Virus record (IMG/VR): IMGVR_UViG_3300032218_003507
Span: 1 to 25,992 of that record
DNA: 25,992 bases
Reading direction: 5' to 3' (one strand)
Origin: a virus
Both the position numbers and the translations under genes were made by a program. The notes beneath the pieces are model-generated. The model was given only the letters and a program-made list of their open reading frames with translations, was not told where the DNA came from and did not search any database. Positions 6,600 through 16,116 of the stretch are shown here, in pieces (position 1 is the stretch's first letter; every line of letters begins with the position of its first letter).

Positions 6600-9428
6600 A
6601 TGACAACAGCCTCGGGAGTTCGCGCCGGCGGTGCCTTCGTGGAGATTTTCGCGAAGGATGGCCAATTCCAGCAGGCGATGGCCCGCGTCCAGGGCAAGAT
6701 GAAGCAAGTCGGCCAAACCATGCAGCGGTTTGGCACGATGTTCAGCCTTGCCGGCACGGCGATGGGTGCTCCCATGATCCTTGCCGCCCGCCAGGCGGCC
6801 ACGTTTGAGGATGCGATTCTCGGCATGCGGGCCGCCGCCGGCTTGACCGACAAAGAGATTGCCAAGGTGACTGAGGAGGCTCTGCGTCTTTCCAAGGCGA
6901 TGGGCATTGATCCCGCCCAAATCGCCCAAGCGTTCCTTGAACTCACTAAGGCCGGCATGAGCGTAGACGAGGTGCTGGCAGGGGCCGGGCGATCGGCGGT
7001 CGAGTTCGCCCGCGTCTCAGGCGTGGAAATGAACCGGGCCGCCGAATTCATGAAGGTGAGCATGAACGTCTTTGGCGTTTCAGCCACCGATGCCGTTGAT
7101 ACGCTGTCTGCCGCTGCAGACGCCAGCGAAACGTCGATCACGGCGATGGTCGAATCGTTTAGCCAGGTCGGTAGTGCCGGCAAGACGTTTGACCAGACGC
7201 TTTTCGGTGTGTCGCAAGCGATGGCGGCCCTTGCGAAATACGGCATTGCCGGGGAGGAAGCAGGAACGGCCATTAAGACCCTGCTGACCAAGCTCGTGGC
7301 CCCAACAGGCGAGGCCCACAAAGCGCTCGCCACGCTCGGCCTGTCCGTCCGCGACTTCCGCGACGAGGCCGGCAAGCTGTTGCCGATCGCTCAGATCGCG
7401 GGCGTGTTCGAGCGGGCTCTCAAAAAGATGGGTGGCAACGCAGAAGACTTGATGATGGCCCAGGCGGCCCTCGTGGACGTGTTTGAGCAGCGCGGCATTA
7501 AGGTAATCGGTGCGTTCGCCGATCTCGGCGAGAAAGGCTTTGAAGACATTGCCAAGGCGATGGAAGGCAATCTGCCGGTCGCCGCCAAGTTCGAAATCAT
7601 GATGAGCGGCATCACGGGCGGATTCCAAAAGCTCTACGCCGGCGTCCAGCGGCTTTCGATCGCGTTTACGACAGCCCTCGGGCCGTCCATCGGCAAGGTA
7701 GTGGACGCGATGGTGCTGGCGATGGATGCCGTGGCGGCGTTCATCGGCCAGTTTCCAATGGTGGCAAAGGTGGCTGCCGGTGCTGCGCTCGGACTGTTTG
7801 GCCTTGGTGCCGTGCTTATCGGCCTGGGAATCGCCTGCCGGGTGGCTGCCGTCGGGCTCGGCTTAATCGTGAGCCCGATCGGCCTCATTACGGCAGCCGT
7901 CGGTGCCCTGCTTATCGCAGCCTACAAACTCTCGCCGGCCTTCAAGCAGGCGGCCGACTCCATCATGGCGTCGATGCAAAAACTGGATTTCGCAAGCGCG
8001 GTCAAGCAGTGGAATCTCACGATTGCCATTGGCCTAACGCAATTCGTGCGGTTTTTCCACGTCGCGTTCAGCCGCGTAAAGGATATGGCGGCCGGCATGT
8101 TTTCGTTCGTCGAAGACAAGGTGGCCGAGTCGGTCAATGCGATCTATGAAATGACCGGGCACCCGGCCCGCAACGAGGTCAAGGGAGAGGAGCGCCGCCG
8201 GCAGGAGGCAGAGGATCGGGCGAAGAAGACCAAGGAACTAAACCAGCAATACGAAGACACGGCAAACGAGCTCCACAGCGAGTTGGCGAAAGAAAAGGCT
8301 CGGGCCAACCGCCGCGAGGCCGAGAGGGATCCTGCCGCGAACAATGCCAAGCGGGATCCGTTTCGCGACCCGCTCGGGGGCGATCCTACCGGCAAGCCAG
8401 GCCAGAACGAGCGGGTGTCGCTCGGGACGTTTGCCTCGTCGATGCTAGGCCAACTTGGGATCGGCCCGAAGCTTGACCAGCGGGAGCAGGCAGCCAAGGC
8501 CCAGGACGAAGCCGCGAAGGCTCAACAGGCTGCGGCCGTTGAGATGCGCGATCTCAACGGCAACATGAAGCGGTTTATCGACGTCCTCAAGGAGCGGTCT
8601 GGCGACAAGCAGCCGTCCGGCAAGGTCATCGACACAACTCAAGGCGAAAAAAACGTCGTCCCGCCGCCCGCAAGGCGAGCAGTGGATTTGCCGTGGTGGG
8701 CCGACAAGAAGGCTTTTGATGGCCTAAACGGCGAACCGGCAAAGCCGGAAATTTCGCTTAAGCAAGGCCTGGACGAGCTCAAGCGGTTCAACGAGGCTAA
8801 GATTCGCGGCGACGGTGGTGCGATGAGCGTTGCGCCAGAAACTAAGAATTCGCAGGCCAATGGGGACGCGGCAGGCAACGATGCTAGGGTTTCCGAGGCC
8901 AAGCGCCTGGCTGAACTTGCACAGAGAGCCGACGATGCGTTAGGCGCTTTTCGTGATGCGGTGGCAAAAGACATAATCACAGGCGGACGCGATAAGGGCG
9001 TGCAGAGTGAACTTGCAAGAACGCTTGCAGAATTAAGGCAGGCGCAAAAGGCGTTTGGCATGCCCGGCGCAACAGACAGCGAACTTATTGATGGCATTAG
9101 GGCCGCAAAAAAAGAACTTGCGGACGCGCTTAGTGCTGCATCACAAAAGGCCGAGCCACCGCAGGTAAAGCTACCAGTTATCGGCGAAAACGTCGGTACC
9201 AGCCTAACGCTGCCGGCCAACCCAGGCTTTCAGGCCACGCTGCGCGGCATGCAGGCTTCTCTCGGCGACGCCGCCAAGCAGCCAGAGCCCAGCGCCAAGC
9301 AAACCGACCAGACGAGCAAAGACATGGTTTCGGCCGCCGAAAAGACGGCGGCCGCCACGCAGAAGGCCGCCGACTTGCTCGCCAAGTTGGTGGACGAAGC
9401 CCGCCGAGGAGGGCTCGCGTTCGCGTAG
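6600..9428 (+). CDS. Tail tape measure protein (TP901-family-like), 942 aa
   Basis: Ala-rich helical protein with typical core (AFLELTKAG, AGEEAGTAIKTLL, LGLSVRDFRDEAGKLLP), a central hydrophobic segment and canonical position. Confidence 0.93.
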   Translation: MTTASGVRAGGAFVEIFAKDGQFQQAMARVQGKMKQVGQTMQRFGTMFSLAGTAMGAPMILAARQAATFEDAILGMRAAAGLTDKEIAKVTEEALRLSKAMGIDPAQIAQAFLELTKAGMSVDEVLAGAGRSAVEFARVSGVEMNRAAEFMKVSMNVFGVSATDAVDTLSAAADASETSITAMVESFSQVGSAGKTFDQTLFGVSQAMAALAKYGIAGEEAGTAIKTLLTKLVAPTGEAHKALATLGLSVRDFRDEAGKLLPIAQIAGVFERALKKMGGNAEDLMMAQAALVDVFEQRGIKVIGAFADLGEKGFEDIAKAMEGNLPVAAKFEIMMSGITGGFQKLYAGVQRLSIAFTTALGPSIGKVVDAMVLAMDAVAAFIGQFPMVAKVAAGAALGLFGLGAVLIGLGIACRVAAVGLGLIVSPIGLITAAVGALLIAAYKLSPAFKQAADSIMASMQKLDFASAVKQWNLTIAIGLTQFVRFFHVAFSRVKDMAAGMFSFVEDKVAESVNAIYEMTGHPARNEVKGEERRRQEAEDRAKKTKELNQQYEDTANELHSELAKEKARANRREAERDPAANNAKRDPFRDPLGGDPTGKPGQNERVSLGTFASSMLGQLGIGPKLDQREQAAKAQDEAAKAQQAAAVEMRDLNGNMKRFIDVLKERSGDKQPSGKVIDTTQGEKNVVPPPARRAVDLPWWADKKAFDGLNGEPAKPEISLKQGLDELKRFNEAKIRGDGGAMSVAPETKNSQANGDAAGNDARVSEAKRLAELAQRADDALGAFRDAVAKDIITGGRDKGVQSELARTLAELRQAQKAFGMPGATDSELIDGIRAAKKELADALSAASQKAEPPQVKLPVIGENVGTSLTLPANPGFQATLRGMQASLGDAAKQPEPSAKQTDQTSKDMVSAAEKTAAATQKAADLLAKLVDEARRGGLAFA

Positions 9429-9436
9429 CCGTTAGC

Positions 9437-10375
9437 ATGCCCATCGACGAAATTATCGAATTGTTCGACTCTGGGGCCGGATCGCTGTCCCGCTCGGACG
9501 ACGGCACGTTCTCGCGAGAGGTCACGCTCAAGTGGCTGCTCAAGGATCTTCCCGGCTATATCGACGCGGAAACAAAACTCCGCAATCACGCGCCAGACTA
9601 CTATCGCGGCCATTTCCGCCAGCGGCTTGACTGTCAGCCGCTCGGGAACGGCTGGTGGCTTGGGTCAGCCAGTTACGCAAGCCCAGCGATCAACAGCCAA
9701 GGCGACGAGGACAACCCCGGCGAGCCGCAGCTATTTCCGGCGACTGTCGCGTTCGACACGAGCGGCGGTGCGGAGCACATCACGCAGGCCTACCTAGCGT
9801 TTGACGGCAGCGCCGCCTTTGGGTTTCACGGCGAGTATCGCTACGCCAAGCAGGGGCAGACAGCGCCCGACTACAAGGGGGCGATCAACGTCAGCGGCGA
9901 TTCCGTCAACGGCGTCGACGTTACTGTGCCGTCGTTCAATTTTACAGAAACGTGGACGATCCCGACCGCCTTCCTGACGGACACATACGTTTCGGCTCTG
10001 TATCAGTTGACCGGCAAGACCAACGACGCGCAGTTTCGCGTGTTCCTGCCTGGCGAGTGCTTGTTTCTCGGGGCGCGGTGCGAAGCCACTCGCGGCGACT
10101 TCAAGACCTCGATCACGTTTTCGTTTTCCGCCCGCCCCAACGTCACGAACCAAAAAATTGGCGACATTACCGTGTCGTCCAAAAAGGGCTGGCAATACCT
10201 GTGGGTTGAGTACGAGAGCAGCGTCGACAACGCCAATCTCATCAAGCGGCCAAAGTACGTTTACGTAAACGACATTTACGGAGAGGAAAACTTTAGCCGG
10301 CTCAAGATCGGCACGGTGTTCCCGGCCCTTTACACGCCGTCGCTCACCGGCCCCGACGTGCCGGGTCGAGGTTAG
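9437..10375 (+). CDS. Putative distal tail / tail-tip protein
   Basis: Immediately after the TMP; 312 aa, beta-rich and aromatic-rich. Confidence 0.6.
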   Translation: MPIDEIIELFDSGAGSLSRSDDGTFSREVTLKWLLKDLPGYIDAETKLRNHAPDYYRGHFRQRLDCQPLGNGWWLGSASYASPAINSQGDEDNPGEPQLFPATVAFDTSGGAEHITQAYLAFDGSAAFGFHGEYRYAKQGQTAPDYKGAINVSGDSVNGVDVTVPSFNFTETWTIPTAFLTDTYVSALYQLTGKTNDAQFRVFLPGECLFLGARCEATRGDFKTSITFSFSARPNVTNQKIGDITVSSKKGWQYLWVEYESSVDNANLIKRPKYVYVNDIYGEENFSRLKIGTVFPALYTPSLTGPDVPGRG

Positions 10376-10377
10376 AC

Positions 10378-11067
10378 ATGGCAGACCCGTACAAGAAGGT
10401 CCGACCTGGCGAGCGGCTCGTAATCTCGGCGCGGGCGTGGAACCGCGCGCAGGACGCAGCGGATCGGGTGCTCGGGGCGGCGCCTAGGTTCGAGGCGGTG
10501 GCCGGGCCGGTCGGTTCTAGCGTCTTGCGAAACGCATCGTATTTAAGGCAAGAGTTGAGTTTTCCTTTTAGGCAGACTCGGTTTGGCATGATTGTGGACA
10601 ACGCTTACGAAGTCCTGCCAGTAAACTCTGGTGCATTCTCCCAAAAGCCTCCGCTAGACCCAGGCGGTCACTACTGCCAACTTTTCCGCGCTGTTCCGTT
10701 TGTAGACAGACGCCAGACGGCGTCGTCTAGGTTCTCGGTTCTGGCTGGAGGCGCTATGCTTCCACCTCAATACAACGCGGCCGGATTTGTTGACCTAATT
10801 ACGCACGGCACCTGTCTAGCGATGGTGCGAAAAAACACCGGCGGCTTTTTGCCTAGAGTACGACCAGCCGTGATTCGCTACAGCACAGACACGGCAGCAA
10901 ACCTAAAAGGGATTGCCGAAGATGCCGACTGCGGCTGGGGCGAGCTTTTGTATTGGACAAACATCAAGCCGTTTTCTACGCAACGGCAAAACGACGAAGG
11001 CATTTCATCGCCCGAGCCGCTTGACGATACGCTAAACGCCGTTTACTACGCGGTGATTCGGATATGA
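10378..11067 (+). CDS. Putative tail-tip/adaptor protein
   Basis: GAGG RBS, within the tail operon, coupled (ATGA) to the next gene. Confidence 0.55.
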   Translation: MADPYKKVRPGERLVISARAWNRAQDAADRVLGAAPRFEAVAGPVGSSVLRNASYLRQELSFPFRQTRFGMIVDNAYEVLPVNSGAFSQKPPLDPGGHYCQLFRAVPFVDRRQTASSRFSVLAGGAMLPPQYNAAGFVDLITHGTCLAMVRKNTGGFLPRVRPAVIRYSTDTAANLKGIAEDADCGWGELLYWTNIKPFSTQRQNDEGISSPEPLDDTLNAVYYAVIRI

Positions 11068-13154
11068 GCGGGTGCACCGTAGCCGAAGATTCGCCCATCG
11101 ACCCCGAAATTGGGCGCGAGCCGTGGCGAAAGTCTCGGCTAGTTGGCGCAACTGGTTCAACTGGGCCGACGGGCGTCGTGCAAGACATGCGAACGCCAAC
11201 GGGGTCGTTTCAGGCCATAACTGAAACGGACCTCTGCGGCTGCGGTATTCCAGGCGTGCTCTTGAATGCCTCGTTCGGCTTTACGATCGGTTTTAGATAC
11301 ATCGAGCCCGGCAACTCGTTGACGTACATGGACGGTGTGGCAACTCTCACGACGCTCGCCAGCAACAATTTAACAGCCGGGGCTTGGGTCAAGGTTGAGG
11401 TCGTGCAAACGCCACCAACCATTCCCGGTGACGGCGTCGCAAGGGGGAGCCTGCCGTTTGTCTTGAGCAGCGGCGCGTCTGCGACGTTCGTGGAGTCGTC
11501 GGCCTACATCTATTCGACTCACGAAACCATTCTTCCCAACTGGCTCAACAACTATGTCGCCGGAGCAAACCCGACATTCAATTTCATTACCGGGCCTATT
11601 CGCATCACTGCGGGCTATGGAAACGTCACCCAGCATGAGGTGTTCAGCCGCGAGCCTGCGATTTTTTCTCCCAGTAGCGTGAGTGCCAATTCGTGCAGCG
11701 TGGTCGTCGGCCTTATGCCGTATGACATTCAAAGCTCCACGAATGACCGGCGAATATGCTGCATGGTTTCGTATGGAGGCATGACGTTCCCTCTGCCGAT
11801 CACAGTGCCTTCTGGTTTTGTCTTTGGTGGAGGCCAAGCCGCCGCATCAGAGCTTGAGTTGTGCAACGGCGTTTCGCTGGAGTTTGACACGAGCCGGGTA
11901 GACGTTCAGCCGCGCGTGAATAAGTCGTTCATGCGCGGGCCAGCGATGGGCGGCAGGATGATTCGGGTTGTTGGCGACAATCACACCGACGTTATTGTTC
12001 CGCTGAACGCGACCGGCCCCACTGGCTCGGTTGCCCCGGTGACAATGGCATCTATTACGGCGCGGCCTCAATACCTATCGTTGCACGCCGGAGAATACGG
12101 CGAGGTGCCGAGATTTCCGCAATTAGATCCGCCTGAATACAGACACCCGCGAGGCGCTCTCGACGTTTACGCCAACGCATCGCAACCAGATCGTCCCGAC
12201 AAACACGACCGCGCGTTATTCAGGGCGGCCAATGGTCCGACTTGGCACGAGCGAAATATCATCCGCTACGGAAAGTCGCTTGGCGTTGACGGTGCTCGTC
12301 ACAAGCTGTCTTTGACTTTTGATTGGCAGCCGGCGATCGCAGATTTTTTGTCATGCACTGCAACCAGCGGCGAGTATGTGCAGCAACCACGGCGAAATGG
12401 TTACCCAATTTTTGGGTATAACATTGAGTCCGGGCTAGGTCCGTCGTGGCAAATGACGCTTAGTCCTACGCTGCGGCTCTTGGGTGGCACGGTGCTAGAT
12501 TTAACGCCGCACATTGGACAGCGAAAACTAATGCCCGGCGTGTATTTTGGGCCGCTCGCAGAGCCTCAAGACGTTGTCGCAACCCAGGCCGTCTTTCCAA
12601 AAAGCATCATCAATCCAGACTATTTGACTTGGCTTGACGGAGCGGCAGCAAACGGCGGGACTTTTCAAAGTCAACAGGCATACCTAGCGATTGAGCCTCC
12701 CTCGTCCATTGTGGTTAATGAGACGCATTCGGTTCAGATGTCGGTAAAGCGGCTCGTGCATTCATGGGCGTCAACAGGCGTTGCGGGGTTATCTTCGCAA
12801 AACATTTCGCCGACTTTGCCGCTACCTGGCGAGCAAGGCATGGGACTCGACAGCTACAGCCTTTGGCTCCCAGAGATCACAAACGCCAACTCAAGCAGAT
12901 GGCCGAAAAACCTGCCTGTCGTTGGCAGTGTATTGACCGTGAATATGCAAGCGTGGTTCGGAATTACGGTCACAAGCGTCAGCGCTTCTCCGGCTTGGTC
13001 CGGAAACCGCGTGGTCTACAGAAGGCTGGTCGCTCCCGGTATTGAAATTTCATTGTCCGATGCACAGTGCAACGCCCTCAGTAATGGCGACGAAGTCAGC
13101 GCCACCAGCGCCGCCGGCGACCCGTATCGGCTGCAATTCTCGATAGTCACATGA
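11064..13154 (+). CDS. Putative tail fibre / receptor-binding protein, 696 aa
   Basis: Last gene of the tail module; rich in G/S/T/P/V, short GATGSTGPTG triplets, and more A/T-ending codons than the flanks. Confidence 0.5.
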   Translation: MSGCTVAEDSPIDPEIGREPWRKSRLVGATGSTGPTGVVQDMRTPTGSFQAITETDLCGCGIPGVLLNASFGFTIGFRYIEPGNSLTYMDGVATLTTLASNNLTAGAWVKVEVVQTPPTIPGDGVARGSLPFVLSSGASATFVESSAYIYSTHETILPNWLNNYVAGANPTFNFITGPIRITAGYGNVTQHEVFSREPAIFSPSSVSANSCSVVVGLMPYDIQSSTNDRRICCMVSYGGMTFPLPITVPSGFVFGGGQAAASELELCNGVSLEFDTSRVDVQPRVNKSFMRGPAMGGRMIRVVGDNHTDVIVPLNATGPTGSVAPVTMASITARPQYLSLHAGEYGEVPRFPQLDPPEYRHPRGALDVYANASQPDRPDKHDRALFRAANGPTWHERNIIRYGKSLGVDGARHKLSLTFDWQPAIADFLSCTATSGEYVQQPRRNGYPIFGYNIESGLGPSWQMTLSPTLRLLGGTVLDLTPHIGQRKLMPGVYFGPLAEPQDVVATQAVFPKSIINPDYLTWLDGAAANGGTFQSQQAYLAIEPPSSIVVNETHSVQMSVKRLVHSWASTGVAGLSSQNISPTLPLPGEQGMGLDSYSLWLPEITNANSSRWPKNLPVVGSVLTVNMQAWFGITVTSVSASPAWSGNRVVYRRLVAPGIEISLSDAQCNALSNGDEVSATSAAGDPYRLQFSIVT

Positions 13155-13296
13155 CTCCACCCCCTGACCCCCTCCGTCTAATCCGCCCCCGCCCGTAGGC
13201 TGAATCGCGGTTTAATTTAGCGGCCCTTTCAGGCACAAAACGGCCTTGACGGTTATTTCATCCGTGCAACACTGGAATCTGGCTCGGAGTCCGATT

Positions 13297-13584
13297 GTGG
13301 CACGCGACAGGCATACGACCCGAAGCCGGCGCGTCTACATCGGCGAAAAACGGTGGCAGATTAGTCACGTTCGCTACCCGCGGGATCGCGACGGCGATTG
13401 CAACTGGTCGAAGCGGCTCATCCGCGTAGCGGCAAACCTCCGCGGGCTCCACTTGGCCGACGCACTCATCCACGAAATCACGCACGCCCGCTTCCCCGAT
13501 TTGGCCGAGGAGAGCGTCGAGGAGTTTGCCAGCACCGTGGCCGGCATCCTCGCCGCGGAAGGTCTCTTGCCGGAGGACGACTAG
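13297..13584 (+). CDS. Small HExxH (zincin-like) putative metallopeptidase-domain protein
   Basis: LIHEITHA motif followed by EESVEE; GGAG before GTG 13297. Confidence 0.7.
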   Translation: MARDRHTTRSRRVYIGEKRWQISHVRYPRDRDGDCNWSKRLIRVAANLRGLHLADALIHEITHARFPDLAEESVEEFASTVAGILAAEGLLPEDD

Positions 13585-13845
13585 GTGGGAAAGCCAGCCC
13601 TGCTCGAGCTCGTGAAGGCCGGCATCGTTATCAACCGGCCCGGCGTCGTGCCGTGGATTGAACGACTGCCGGCCGACGCGCGGAAGGAGCTCAATGGCGT
13701 TCGTCTCTGGTTTCGCAGCGAGGGTCGCCAAAAAGGCATACCGATCAAGTCGGTGGCGAAGTCTATTGCAGCGCAGTTGAAGTTGAGGAAGCTCCGGTGC
13801 CCAGCCGCACAAACGGTAGAAGTATGGCTAAGAAAAAAAGACTAG
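13585..13845 (+). CDS. Hypothetical basic protein, possibly DNA-binding, 86 aa
   Basis: Starts directly after the upstream stop, GGAGG RBS, helical C-terminus (SVAKSIAAQL...QTVEVWL). Confidence 0.65.
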   Translation: MGKPALLELVKAGIVINRPGVVPWIERLPADARKELNGVRLWFRSEGRQKGIPIKSVAKSIAAQLKLRKLRCPAAQTVEVWLRKKD

Positions 13846-15038
13846 CCGAGGCGATCGTCACTAATGCGGCGATTGAGGCGGCGGCCGCCAAGGGGCCGCC
13901 GGCCGACGCCGAACAGGTGACGCGCAAGCAGGACGGGTCCACGCTTGAAGCCAAGAGCGTGTCTCGCCGCATTAAGACCGTTGAGGATCTTCTCAGGCAT
14001 ATTCAGGCCGACTTACGGCGGTTTGAAGTGTGTGCATCTGAAGCGACCAAGTGGGAGGTTGGCGCATCGGACGGCGACGGCAACGTAAGCGTCGTCGAAC
14101 TGCATCGCGTGTGGGTGCGGCTTAAGCCGCGGGCCGGGCCGGGCGTGGCCGAGTCCGTTGAGTCGATGATTCGCTCGGCCGCAAAGACTGTGCGACGCCG
14201 GCCGGCCGCCAAGCACAAGCCGCGAGCGTCGTCGTGGCAGGTCGTGACGATCGCGGACACGCATTTCGGAAAATATTGCTGGGCAACAGGAACCGGCGAG
14301 GCCGACTACGACCTGGCGATCGCCGAGCGGCTGGTGGGCGACGCCGGCCTAGAGCTCATGGACAACGGCGATCGGATCTACAAGCCATCGCGGCGGTCGA
14401 TCCTGCTGGTGGGAGACATATTTCACTTTGACACTGTGGCCGGCACGACCACCGGCGGCACGGCCTTGGCCGGCAGCATGGACGGCCGGCTGCAGAAAAT
14501 GATCGAAGTGGGGAGCGATTGCTTGATCTCGTTGATTGAGCGTTCGGCGGCGACCTGCCAGACGGACGTGCACTTGGTGCACGGGAACCATGACGAGACG
14601 CTCAGTTGGGCCTTCCAGCGGATCATGGCCGAGCGATTCCGCGGCGATCGACGGGTGAGTATTTCGCAGCGGTATACGGGCCGGCAGTATCTATCCCACG
14701 GCGGAACGCTACTGGGGATTGCCCACGGCCACCGGGCCAAAAGACGGCTCCCGCAACTCATGGCGATCGAGGCCGCCGACTTGTGGGGCAAGTCGTGCTA
14801 CCGGGAGATCCATACCGGGCATTACCACAGCCAGGCGGCCGAGTGGTCACTGCCGATCGAAACGGTGGATTCGGTGCTCGTCCGTGTCGCGCCATCGCTT
14901 GGGCCGGCAGACGATTGGCACGCCCAAATGGGATTCGTTGGGGCTCGGCGGGCGATGGAAACATTTTTCTACGACCAGGCCGGCGGCCTCGTCGGCATGC
15001 TCGTGGCCGGCCCGAAGCCGCAGCGGCGCACTGGGTAG
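13824..15038 (+). CDS. Calcineurin-like metallophosphoesterase
   Basis: All five motifs in order: ADTHFG, VGDIFH, GNHD, AHGH, TGHYH. Confidence 0.9.
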   Translation: MAKKKRLAEAIVTNAAIEAAAAKGPPADAEQVTRKQDGSTLEAKSVSRRIKTVEDLLRHIQADLRRFEVCASEATKWEVGASDGDGNVSVVELHRVWVRLKPRAGPGVAESVESMIRSAAKTVRRRPAAKHKPRASSWQVVTIADTHFGKYCWATGTGEADYDLAIAERLVGDAGLELMDNGDRIYKPSRRSILLVGDIFHFDTVAGTTTGGTALAGSMDGRLQKMIEVGSDCLISLIERSAATCQTDVHLVHGNHDETLSWAFQRIMAERFRGDRRVSISQRYTGRQYLSHGGTLLGIAHGHRAKRRLPQLMAIEAADLWGKSCYREIHTGHYHSQAAEWSLPIETVDSVLVRVAPSLGPADDWHAQMGFVGARRAMETFFYDQAGGLVGMLVAGPKPQRRTG

Positions 15039-15047
15039 GAGGCGGCA

Positions 15048-15818
15048 TTGGCAATCGCGGAAGTGTTGGTAGAAGGAAGGCTGCCTGGTTGTTACATAGA
15101 TGAAATTACCAAGCGAAAAAACAGGTTCATGGGCGCTTGGACGGGCACGTCGGGCTCCCTCGCGGCCAACTGTCATTGGCTATTGGTCGAGCGTTCTCAA
15201 ATCCTAGAGGAGTTGCAGGCGATGCAAGACACGTTGCAGGAAGCAAATGCAAAGTTGCGGCAGGCCGTGGAAACGCGGGTGGGCGGCGGGTGCTGCGAGG
15301 GTGGGAAGTGCCATCCGACGAGCATCGACACGCAGGGGCCGCTCCTCGACCCCGACCAAGTGATTGCCGAAGACGACGAGCGGACGGCCGAATCACCGTT
15401 TGAGGCCGTGAGCGTCATGAGCCAATCGCAGATGGAGGCGGCATGGGCCGGCGTGAAGTCGCGAGTGCAGTCCCGGCAGCGGCGAGTGCAGGAGCCCGTG
15501 GCCGCGGCAGAAAAGCCGACAGAGGCCAACGAGGCCGAGCGTCTCCTAGCAGATGCGATCGCCACGATCCGAGACCGTCGCGCTAAGTACGGCCCTCCAC
15601 TTGAGCACTTCCTGCGCACGGTCGGGGCGATCAACGCGATCTTTGCGCATAAGCTCCGCGACCCGCTCACGCCAGAGGATTGGGCGCAAATCATGATGCT
15701 CGACAAGCTCGCGCGTCACCAGGAGCAATCGCAGCGAGACAACCCGCTCGACGGCTGCGGGTACGCGGCCTGTTGGGGCGAAATCATGGCCCTGCAGGCC
15801 CGCAGTGCCGGCCCCTGA
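15048..15818 (+). CDS. Protein with C-terminal DUF6378-like domain (all-alpha, possibly nucleotide pyrophosphatase-like); start uncertain (TTG 15048 or ATG 15222)
   Basis: DRRAKYG..EHF...MMLDKLAR...DNPLDGCGYAA pattern; both candidate starts have RBS-like GGAGG/GAGGAG. Confidence 0.7.
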   Translation: MAIAEVLVEGRLPGCYIDEITKRKNRFMGAWTGTSGSLAANCHWLLVERSQILEELQAMQDTLQEANAKLRQAVETRVGGGCCEGGKCHPTSIDTQGPLLDPDQVIAEDDERTAESPFEAVSVMSQSQMEAAWAGVKSRVQSRQRRVQEPVAAAEKPTEANEAERLLADAIATIRDRRAKYGPPLEHFLRTVGAINAIFAHKLRDPLTPEDWAQIMMLDKLARHQEQSQRDNPLDGCGYAACWGEIMALQARSAGP

Positions 15819-15849
15819 ACATTCGTACAATAGGGTTATAGGAGCCCCC

Positions 15850-16116
15850 GTGATTCGACGCCAGCGACTTGACGAGACGCAGTATCGGCATGGCGCGAAA
15901 GGGCGCGAGCCGTTGGCGCCTCCTGGGGCCGGCGGGGATCACGTGCATTATCAGCCCCTCAGGCGAGCCGGCATCGGCGTCATCACAAGTCGCAAGCAGA
16001 CAGACAACGGAATCACGTTTTGGGAACTGCTGGCATTTCGGCTGTCGGAGCAGACCGGCCAGCGGATCACCGTGCAGGCGGCCAAACGGGCCTTTGAGGA
16101 AGGACTGATTCGATAA
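15850..16116 (+). CDS. Hypothetical basic protein, 88 aa
   Basis: AGGAG before GTG 15850; TAATG coupling to the next gene. Confidence 0.7.
   Translation: MIRRQRLDETQYRHGAKGREPLAPPGAGGDHVHYQPLRRAGIGVITSRKQTDNGITFWELLAFRLSEQTGQRITVQAAKRAFEEGLIR

Noticed and set aside
11064..13154. Diversity-generating retroelement target or collagen-like fibre
   Set aside because: No reverse transcriptase or TR/VR repeat pair was seen in the window, and the G-x-x triplets are only a few units long.
13824..15038. Mre11/SbcD recombination nuclease or DNA polymerase subunit
   Set aside because: The motifs support only the metallophosphoesterase superfamily; there is no adjacent SMC-like ATPase or polymerase.
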